64,000 nt of DNA from assembly GCA_047967505.1 (NCBI GenBank), contig CM106538.1, one strand, 5' to 3'. Below the pieces are notes generated by a model. That model ran no database searches. It saw nothing but the letters and a program-made list of their open reading frames with translations, and had not been told where the DNA came from. Shown here piece after piece: positions 11,180 to 22,948 of this stretch; position 1 is the first letter of the stretch, and every line of letters starts with the position of its first letter. Both the position numbers and the translations under genes were made by a program. Source of the DNA: Dipteris shenzhenensis (Eukaryota).

Positions 11180-14100
11180 CATTTCTCCGATGGGCACAAA
11201 ACTTTGTACATGCCTCAACCTAGGTCGTATTGACTTGCATACAAAGTGGTGCACCCATCCCATAAGTACTTGTTCGGATAACACACCTCCAAACATATTT
11301 TATGACGATTGTGCATAACACTAGGAACAAAATGGTGTATAATGTGCGATCGACTATGCAAAGCATATCCAATGGACACAAGACTTTGCACGTTCCTCAA
11401 CCTAGGCAGTATTGACTTGTGTGCAAAGTGGCATCCCCATTCGATAAGTACTTGTTTGAAAAAGACACTTAGGATCATGTTTGAAAAATACACCAAGGCC
11501 AAAAACGGTATTTGATACTCAATCTACCATGTAAAGCATATCCGATGGGCACAATACTTTGCACGTGCCTCAAAAGCGGTGGTATGGTATTCCATGCAAA
11601 GTGGAACGCCCATTCAATAAGTACTTGGTATGATAATATATCTATTAAGAGCATGTTCTCTGACGGATGTGCATAACACTAGGGGGAAAATGGTGTATAA
11701 TGTGTGATCCCCCATGCAAAGCATAACCGATAGACACAATAATGTGCATGCACATCAACCTAGTTGAAATTGACTTTCTTGCAAAGTGGCTCCCCCATTT
11801 GACAAGTACTTTTTAGAATATCACACCTAGGACCATGTTTTTTATTGGTTGTTGTCCATGACACTAAGGCAAAAATGCTGATTTATGCTTAATCGACGAT
11901 GCAATGCATATCCGATCATCACAATACTTTGCACACATCTCAACCTAGGTATTATTGACTTACATGCAAAGTGGCGTGCCCATCCCATAAGTACTTAGTC
12001 GAATAACACATCTAGGACCGCATTTTTTGATGGTTCTGCATGACACTAAGGCCAAAACAGTGTTTAATGCTTGTTCGACAATGCAAAGCATATCCGATGG
12101 GCACAATACTTTGCATGAGTCTCAACAATCGTGGTATTGCATTGCATGCAAAGTGGTACATCCATCTGATAAGCAGTTGGTCGGATAACACACCTAAAAG
12201 CGTGTTTTTTTATGGTTGTGCATGACATTGAGGCACAAACGGAGTTTAATACATGATATGTCATGCAAAGTACATCCGATGGGCACGATACTTTGCACCC
12301 ACCTCAACCTAGGTGTTATTGAGTTGCATGAAAAGTGGCGTGTCAGTTAGATAAGTACTTGATCCGATACCACACCTAGGATCGTGTTTTTTTTAAAATG
12401 TGCTTGACACTAAGGCAAAAACGGTGTTTTATGCTTAATCAACAATGCAAAGCATATCCGATGGGCACAATACTTTGCACACACCTTCAACTAGGTGGAA
12501 TTGACTTACATGCAAAGTGGCACGCCCATCCCATAAGTGCTTGATCGGATAATATACCTAGCAGCGTGTTTTTTTACGGATGTGCATGACACTAGAGCAA
12601 AAATAATATGTAATGCTCGATCGACCATGCAAAGGATATATGATGGGCACAACACTTTTCCTACACCACAACCTAGGTGGTATTGAAATTTTCTCAAAGA
12701 GGCACACCCATCCGATAAGTACTTGGTCAGATAACACACCTAAGGCGTGTTTCTTTGCGGATGTGCATATCACTAGGGAAAAAAAGGTGTATAATGTGTG
12801 ATCGACCATGCAAAGCATATCTGATGGTGACAATACTTTGCACACACCTCAATGTAGTTGAAACAGACTTGCGTCCAAAGTGGAGCCCCCATCCGATAAG
12901 TACTTGTTTCATTAACACACGTAGGACCGTGTTTTTTCATGGTTGTGCATGACACTAAGGCAAAAACGTTGTTTTATGCTTGATCGAGAATGCAAAGCAT
13001 ATCTGATGGGCACAATACTTTCAAATAGGTTGAATTGACTTACATGCAAAGTGGCACTCCCATGCCATAAGTGCTGGATCGGATAACATACCTAGCAACA
13101 TGTTTTTTTACGGATGTGCATGACACTAGAGCAAAAATTGTATTTAATGCTCGATCGACCATACAAAGGATATTAGATGGGCACAACACTTTTTGTACAC
13201 CTCAACCTAGGTGGTATTGAAATGTTCTCAAAGAGGCACACCCATCTGATAAGTACTTGGTCAGATAACACACCTAAGGGCGTGTTTTTTTGCGGATGTG
13301 CATATCACTAGAGAAAAAATGGTGTATAATGCGTGATCGACCATGCAAAGCATATCCGATGGTAACAATACTTGGCACGCACCTCAACGTAGTTGAAACG
13401 GACTTGCGTGCAAAGTGGAGCCCCCATTTGATAAGTATTTGTTTGAATAACACACCTGCGGCCGTGTTTTTATATGGTTGTGCATGACATTAAGGCAAAA
13501 ATGGAGTTTTATACTTTATCGACAATGCAAAGCATATCCGAGGGGCACAATACCTTCCACAAACCTTCAACTAGGTGGAATATACTTACATGCAAAGTGG
13601 CATTCCCATCGCATAAGTACTTGATCAGATAACACACCTAGCAGCGTGTTTTTTTACGGATGTGCATGACACTAAGGCAAAAATGGCATTTAATGCTCGA
13701 TCGACCATGCAAAGCATATCCGATGGGCATAATACTTTTCCTATGCCTCAACCTAGGTGGTATTAAAATGTTCTCAAAGATGCACACCCACCCAATAAGT
13801 ACTTGGTCAGATAACATACCTAAGGGCATGTTCTTCTACGGATGTGCATATCACTACGGGAAAAACATTGTATAATGCATAATCGACCATGCAGAGCATA
13901 TCCGATGGTGACAATACTTTGCATGCATCTCAACCTAGTTGAAATGGACTTGCGTGCAAAGTGGATCCCCCGTCTGATAAGTACTTGTTTGATTAACACA
14001 CTTAGGACCGTGTTTTTTCATGGTTGTGCATGACACTAAACCAAAAAAGGTATTTTATGCTTGATCAACAATGCAAAGCATATCCAATGGGCACAATACT

Positions 14101-17100
14101 TTGCACACACCTTCAAATAGGTGGAATTGACTTACATTCAAAGTGGCACGCCCATCCCATAAGTGCTTGATCGGATAACATACCTAGCAGCGTGTTTTTT
14201 TACGGATGTGCATGAAGCTAGAGCAAAAATAGTATTTAATGCTCGATCGACCATGCAAAGGATATCCGATGGGCACAATACTTTTCCTACACTACAACCT
14301 AGGTGGTATTGAAATGTTCTCAAAGAGGCACACCCATCCGATAAGTACTTGGTCAGAAAACACACCTAAGGGCATGTTTTTTTGCGGATGTGCATATCAC
14401 TAGGGAAAAAACGGTGTATAATGCGCGATCAACCATGCAAAGCATATCCGATGGTGAAAATACTTTGCACGCACCTCAACATAGTTGAAACGGACTTGTG
14501 TGCAAAGTGGAGCCCCTATCCGATTAGTACTTGTTTGATTAACACACCTAGGACCGTGTTTTTTCATGGTTGTGCATGACACTAAGGTAGAAACGTTGTT
14601 TTATGCTTGATTGACAATGCAAAGCTTATCTGATGGGCACAATACTTTGCACACACCTTCAACTAGGTGGAATTGACTTACATGCAAAGTGGCACTCCCA
14701 TGCCATAAGTGCTTGATCGGATAACATACCTAGCAGCATGTTTTTTTACGGATGTGCATGACATTAGAGAAAAAATAGTATTTAATGCTCGATCGACCAT
14801 GCAAAGGATATCCGATGCGCACAAGACTTTTTGTATGCCTCAACCTAGGTGGTATTGAAATGTTCTCAAATGCAAAGGATATCCGATGGGCACAACACTT
14901 TTCGTACGCCTCAACCTAAGTGGTATTGGAATGTTCTCAAAGAGGCACACCCATCTGATAAGTACTTGGTCAGATAACACACCTAAGGGCGTGTTTTTTT
15001 GCGGATGTGGATATCACTCGGGAAAAAATGGTGTATAATGCGTGATTGACCATGCAGAGCATATCCGATGGTGACAATACTTTGCACGCACCTCAACATT
15101 GATGAAACGGACTTGCATGCAAAGTGGAGCCCCCATCCGATAAGTACTTGTTTGAATAACACACCTACGGTCGTGTCTTTATATGGTTGTGCATGACACT
15201 AAGGCAAAAACGTTGTTTTATGCTTGATCGATGTTTGATCGACAATGCAAAGCATATCCGATGGGCACAACACCTTGCACACACCTTCAACTAGGTGGAA
15301 TTGACTTACATGCAAAGTGGCATTCCTATCGCATAAGTACTTAATCGGATAACACACCTAGCAGCGTGTTAACCAGACTTGCGTGCAAACTGGAGACCCC
15401 ATCTGATAAGTACTTATTTGATTAACACACTTAGGACCGTGTTTTTTCATGGTTCTGCATGACACAGGCAAAAATGGTGTTTTATGCTTGATAAACAATG
15501 CAAAGCATATCCGATGGGCACAATACTTTGCACACACCTTCCACTAGGTGGAATTGAATTACATGCAAAGTGGTACACCCATCCCATAAGTGCTTGATCG
15601 GATAACATACCTAGCAGCGTGTTTTTTTTACGGATGTGCATGACACTATAGCAAAAATAGTATTTAATGCTTGATTGACCATGCAAAGGATATCCGATGG
15701 GCACAATAATTTTCCTACACTGCAACCTAGGTGGTATTGCAATGTTCTCAAAGAGGCACACCCATCCGATAAGTACTTGGTCAGATAATAGACCTAAGGG
15801 CGTGTTTTTTTGTGGATGTGCATATCACTCAGGAAAAAATGGTGTATAATGTGTGATCGACCATGCAAAGCATACCCGATGGAGACAATACTTTGCACGC
15901 ATCTCAATGTAGTTGAAACGGACTTGCTTGCAAAGTGGAGCCCCCATCCGATAAGTACTTGTTTGAATAACACACCTACGGCCGTGTTTTTTCATGGTTG
16001 TGCATGACACTAAGGCAAAAACGGTGTTTTATGCTTGATCGACAATGCAAAGCATATCGGATGGGCACAATACTTTGCACACACCTTCAACTAGGTGGAA
16101 TTGATTTACATGCAAAGTGGCATTCCCATCGCATAAGTACTTGATTGGATAACACACCTAGCAGCGTGTTTTTTATGGATGTGCATGACACTAAGGCAAA
16201 AATGGTATTTAATGCTCGATCGACCATGCAAAGCATATCCGATGGGCACAATACTTTTCCTATGCCTTAACCTAGGTGGTATTGAAATGTTCTTAAAGAG
16301 GCACACCCATCCGAAAAGTACTTGGTTAGATAACATACCTAAGGGTGTGTTTTTTTGCGGATGTGCATATCACTACGGGAAAAACGTTGTATAATGTGTA
16401 ATCGACCATGCAGAGCATATCCAATGCTGACAATACTTTGCATGCATCTCAACCTAGTTGAAACAGACTTGCGTGCAAACTGGAGCCCCCATCCCATAAT
16501 TACTTGTTTGATTAACACACTTAGGACCGTGTTTTTTCATGGTTGTGCATGACACTAAGCCAAAAACAGTGTTTTATGCTTGATCGACAATGCAAAGCAT
16601 ATCCGATGGGCACAATACTTTGCACACACCTTCAAATAGGTGGAATTAACTTACATGCAAAGTGGCACACCCATCCCATAAGTGCTCGATCGGATAACAT
16701 ACCGAGCAGACTGTTTTTTTTACAGATGTGCATGACACTAGAGCAAAAATAGTATTTAATGCTCGACCGACCATGCAAAGGATATCCGATGGGCACATTA
16801 CTTTTCCTACACTGTAATCTAGGTGGTATTGAAATGTTCTCAAAGAGGCACACCCATCCAATAAGTACTTGGTCAGATAACACACCTAAGGGTGTGTTTT
16901 TTTTGCAGATGTGCATATCACTAGGGAATAAACGGTGTATAATGCGTGATCGACCATGCAAAGCATATCCAATGGTGACAATATTTTGCATGCACCTCAA
17001 CGTAGTTGAAATGGACTTGCATGCAAAGTGGAGCCCCCATCCGATAAGTACTTGTTTGATTAACACAGCTAGGACCGTGTTTTTTCATGGTTGTGCATGA

Positions 17101-20100
17101 CACTAAAGCAAAAACGGTGTTTTATGCTTGATCGACAATACAAAGCATATCCGATGGGCACAATACTTTGCACACACCTTCAACTAGGTGGAATTGACTT
17201 ACATGCAAAGTAGCACTCCCATCCCATAAGTGCTTGATCGGATAACATACATAGCAGCGTGTTTTTTTACGGATGTGCATGACACTGGAGCAGAAATAGT
17301 ATTTAATGCTCGATCGACCATGCAAAGGATATCCGATGGGCACAACACTTTTCGTACACCTCAACCTAGGTGGTATTGAAATGTTCTCAAAGAAGCACAC
17401 CCATCCGATAAGTACTTGGTCAGATAACACAGCTAAGGGCGTGTTTTTATGCGGATGTGCATATCACTAGAGAATAAACGGTGTATAATTCGTGATCGAC
17501 TATGCAAAGCATATCCGATGGTGACAATACTTTGCATGCACCTCAAAGTATTTGAAACAGACTTGCGTTCAAAGTGGAGCCCCCATCCGATAAGTACTTG
17601 TTTGAATAACACACCTAGGACTGTGTTTTTTCATGGTTGTGCATGACACTAAGGCAAAAACGGCGTTTTATGCTTGATCGACAATGCAAAGCATATCCGA
17701 TGGGCACAATACTTTGCACACACCTTCAACTAGGTGGAATTGACTTACATGCAAAGTGGCACACCCATCCCATAAGTGCTTGATCGGATAACATACCTAG
17801 CAATGTGTTTTTTACAGATGTGCATGACACTAGAGCAAAAATTGTATTTAATGCTCGATCGACAATGCAAAGGATATCCGATGGGCACAACACTTTTCCT
17901 ACACCGCAATCTAGGTGGTATTGAAATGTTCTCAAAGAGGCACACCCATCCAATAAGTACTTGGTCAGATAACACACCTAAGGGTGTGTTTTTTTGTGGA
18001 TGTGCATATCAGTAGAGAAAAATGATGTATAAAGCGTGATCGACCATGCAAAGCATATCCGATGGTGACAATACTTTGCACGCACCTCAATGTAGTTGAA
18101 ACGGACTTGCGTGCAAAGTGGAGGCCCCATCCGATAAGTACTTGTTTGAATAACACACCTAGGACCGTGTTTTTTAATGGTTGTGCATGACACTAAGGCA
18201 AAAACGGTGTTTTATGCTTGATCGACAATGCAAAGCATATCCGGTGGGCACAATACTTTGTACACACCTTCAAATAGGTGGAATTGATTACATGCAAAGT
18301 GGCACACCCATCCCATAAGTGCTTGATCAGATAACAGACCTAGCAACGTGTTTTTTTTACAGATGTGCATGACACTAGAGCAAAAATAGTATATTTAATG
18401 CTCGATTGACCATGCAAAGGATATCCGATGGGCACAATACTTTTCCTACACCGCAACCTAGGTGGTATTTAAATGTTCTCAAAGAGGCACACACATCCGA
18501 TAAGTACTTGGTTAGATAACACACCTAAGGGCATGTTTTTTTGCGGATGTGCATATCACTAGGGAAGAAATGGTGTATAATGCATGATCAACCATGCAAA
18601 GCATATCCGATGGTGACAATACTTTGCATGCACCTGAAAGTAGTTGAAACAGACTTGCGTGCAAAGTGGAGCCCCCATCCGATAAGTACTTGTTTGATTA
18701 ACACACTTAGGACCGTGTTTTTTCATGGTTGTGCATGACACTAAGGCAAAAACGGTGTTTTATGCTTGATCGACAATGCAAAGCATATCCAATGGGCACA
18801 ATACTTTGCACACACCTTCAACTAGGTGGAATTGACTTACATGCAAAGTGGCACACCCATATCATAAGTGCTTGATCAGATATTATACCTAGCAACATGT
18901 TTTTTTATGGATGTGCATGACACTAGAGCAAAAATTGTATTTAATGCTCGATCGACAATGCAAAGGATATCCGATGGGCACAACACTTTTCCTACACCGC
19001 AGCATAGGTGGTATTGAAATGTTCTCAAAGAGGCACACCCATCTGATAAGTACTTGGTCAGATAACACACCTAAGGGAGTATTTTTTTGCAGATGTGCAT
19101 ATCACTAGGGAATAAACGGTGTATAATGCGTGATCGACCATGCAAAGCATATACGATGGTGACAATACTTTTCACGCACCTCAACGTAGTTGAAATGGAC
19201 CTGCGTGCAAAGTGGAGCCCCCATCCGATAAGTACTTGTTTGATTAACACACCTAGGACCGTGTTTTTTCATGGTTGTGCATGACACTCAGGCAAAAACG
19301 GAGTTTTATGCTTGATCGACAATACAAAGCATATCCGATGGGCACAATACCTTGCACACACCTTCAAATAGGTGGAATTAACTTACATGCAAAGTAGCAC
19401 TTCCATCCCATAAGTGCTTGATCGGATAACTTACCTAGCAACGTGTTTTTTTACGGATGTGCATGACACTAGAGCAAAAATTGTATTTAATGCTCGATCG
19501 ACCATGCAAAGGAAATCCGATTGGCACAACACTTTTCATACACCTCAACCTAGGTGGTATTGAGATATTCTCAAAGAGGCACACCCATCCGACAAGTACT
19601 TGGTCAGATAACACACCTAAGGGCGTGTTTTTTTATGGATGTGCATATCAGTAGAGGAAAAATGGTGTATAATGTGTGATTGACCATGCAAAGCATATCC
19701 GATGGTGATACTACTTTGCATGCACCTCAATGTAGTTGAAACGGACTTGCGTGCAAAGTGGAGCCCCCATCCGATAAGTACTTGTTTGAATAACACACCT
19801 AGGACCGTGTTTCTTCATGGTTGTGCATGACACTAAGGCGAAAAAGGTGTTTTATTCTTGATCGACAATGCAAAGCATATCCGATGGGCACAATACTTTG
19901 CACACACCTTCAATTAGGTAAAATTGACTTACATGCAAAGTGGCACGCCCATCCCATAAGTGCTTGATTAGATAACATACCTAGCAGCATCTTTTTCTAC
20001 GGATGTGCATGACACTAGATCAAAAATGGTATTTAATGCTCGATCGACCATGCAAAGGATATCCGATGGGCACAACACTTTTTGTATGCCTCAACCTAGG

Positions 20101-22820
20101 TGGTATTGAAATGTTCTCAAAGAGGCACACCCGTCCGATAATTACTTGGTCAGATAACACACCTAAGAGGGTGTTTTTTTGCAGATGTCCACATCACTAG
20201 GGAAAAAATGGTGTATAATGCGTGATCGACCATGAAAAGCTGGTAACAATACTTTGCACGCACCTCAACGCTGTTGAAACGGACTTGGGTGCAAAGTGGA
20301 GCCCCCATTCAATAAGTAGTTGTTTGAATAACACACCTACGGCCGTGTTTTTATATGGTTGTGCATGACACTAAGGCAGAAACGGTGTTTTATGCTTGAT
20401 CGACAATGCGAAGCATATTCGATGGGAACAATACTTTGCACACACATTCAACTAGGTAGAACTGACTTACGTGCAAAGTGGCATTCCCATCGCATAAGTA
20501 CTTGATCGGATAACACACCTAGCAGCGTGTTTTTTTACGAATGTGCATGACACCAAGGCAAAAATGGTATTTAATGCTTGATTGACCATCCAAAGCATAT
20601 CCGATGGGCACAATACTTTTCCTACACCGCAACCTAGGTGGTATCAAAATGTTCTCAAAGAGACACACCCATCCGATAAGTACTTGGTCAGATAACACAC
20701 CTAAGGGCATGTTCTTTTGCAGATGTGCATATCACTAAGGAAAAAACGGTGTATAATGCATGATCAACCATGCAAAGCATATCCGATGGTGACAATACTT
20801 TGCACGCACCTGAAAGTAGTTGAAACGGACTTGCGTGCAAAGTGGAGCCCCCATCCGATAAGTACTTCTTTGATTAACACACCTAGGACCGTGTTTTTTC
20901 ATGGTTGTGCATGACACTAAGCCAAAAACGGTGTTTTATGCTTGATCGACAATGCAAAGCATATCCGATGGGCACAATACTTTGCACACACCTTCAACTA
21001 GGTGGAATTGACTTACATGCAATGTGGCACACCCATCCCATAAGTGCTTGATCGGATAACATACCTAGCAGTGTGTTTTTTTTACGGATGTGCATGACAC
21101 TAGAGCAAAAATAGTATTTAATGCTCGATCGACTATGCAAAGGATATCCGATGGGCACAATACTTTTCCTACATTGCAACCTAGGTGGTATTGAAATGTT
21201 CTGAAAGAGGCACACCCATCCGATAAGTACTTGGTCAGTTAACACACCTAAGGGCATGTTGTTTTGCGGATGTGCATATCACTAGGAAAAAAATGGTGTA
21301 TAATGGGTGATCGACCATGAAAATCATATCCGATGGTGACAATACTTTGCACGCACCTCAACCTAGTTGAAACGGACTTGCATGCAAAGTGGAGCCCCCA
21401 TCCAATAAGTACTTGTTTGATGAACACACCTAGGACCGTGTTTTTTCATGGTTGTGCATGACACTAAGGCAAAAACGTTGTTTTATGCTTGATCGACAAT
21501 GTAAAGCATATCCGTTGGGCACAATACTTTGCACACAACTTCAACAAGGTGGAATTGACTTACATGGAAAGTGGCACACCCATCCCATAAGTGCTTGATC
21601 GCATAACATACCTAGCAGCGTGTTTTTTTTACGGATGTGCATGACACTAGAGCAAAAATAGTATTTAATGCTTGATTGACAATGCAAAGGATATCCGATG
21701 GGCACAATACTTTTCCTAAACTGCAACCTAGGTGGTATTGAAATGTTCGCAAAGAGGCACACCCATCCGATACGTACTTGGTTAGATAACACACCTAAGG
21801 GCGTGTTTTCTTGCGGATGTGCATATCTGTAGGGAAAAAATGGTGTATAATGCGTGATCGACCATGCAAAGCATATACGATGGTGACAATACTTTGCACA
21901 CACCTCAAAATAGGTGAAACAGACTTGCATGCAAAGTGGAGCCCCCATCCGATAAGTACTTGTTTGAATAACACACCTAGGACCGTGTTTTTTCATGGTT
22001 GTGCATGACACTAAGGGAAAAACGGTGTTTTATGCTTGATCGACAATACAAAGCATATCCGATGGGCACAATACTTTGCACACACCTTCAACAAGGTGGA
22101 ATTGACTTACATGCAAAGTAGCACTCCCATCCCATAAGTGCTTGATCAGATAACATACCTAGCAGCATGTTTTTTTACGGATGTGCATGACACTGGAGCA
22201 AAAATAGTATTTAATGCTCGATCGACCATGCAAAGGATATCCGATGGGCACAATACTTTTCCTACACCGCAACCTAGGTGCTATTGAAATGTTCTCAAAG
22301 AGGCACACCCATTCGATAAGTACTTGGTCAGATAACATACCTAAGGGTGTGTTTTTTTGTGGATGTGCATATCACTACGGGAAAAACGTTGTATAATGTG
22401 TGATCGACCATGCAAAGCATATCGGATGGTTACAATACTTTGCACGCACCTCAAGGTAGTTGAAACGGACTTGCATGCAAAGTGGAGCCCCCATCCGATA
22501 AGTACTTGTTTGATTAACACACTTAGGACCGTGTTTTTTAATGGCTGTGCATGACACTAAGGCAAAAACGGTGTTTTATGCTTGATCGACAATGCAAAGC
22601 ATATCGGATGGGCACAATACTTTGCACACACCTTCAGCTAGGTGGAATTGACTTACATGCAAAGTGGCACTCCCATCCCATAAGTGCTTGATCGGATAAC
22701 ATGCCTAGCAGCGTGTTTTTTTTACAGATGCATGACACTAGAGCAAAAATAGTATTTAATGCTCGATCGACCATGCAAAGGATAACTTGGCGTGTCCATC
22801 TGATGAGTACTTGATCGGAT
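11180..22820. repeat. Tandem satellite of ~64 monomers of ~182 bp, organised as a 3-monomer ~546-bp higher-order repeat (~19-20 HOR copies); left ~1.2 kb more divergent
   Basis: Marker GGATGTGCATATCACT recurs at ~12759, 13294, 13840, 14386 ... 21815 and 22361, mostly 545-547 bp apart. TGCAAAG(C/G)ATATCCGATGG and ATAAGT(A/G)CTTG recur about every 182 bp. Confidence 0.97.
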
Positions 22821-22948
22821 AACTTCTCCCACCAATAAATTAAGTACTAATTAAAAATTATAATAAATGAGTAGATTATTAAAAAGAGACTAATATTTAT
22901 GTAATTGTTGCTACTACAGCTTGCTTGCGAAGGACTCTCACAGAGGAG

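Noticed and set aside
11215-22557. Dozens of 60-150-aa Cys-rich ORFs
   Set aside because: They are periodic translations of the satellite on both strands, with frame-breaking indels between units.
11180-22820. CRISPR-like array or 5S/tRNA gene array
   Set aside because: There are no unique spacers (whole units repeat), no cas genes, and no recognisable 5S rRNA or tRNA sequence.
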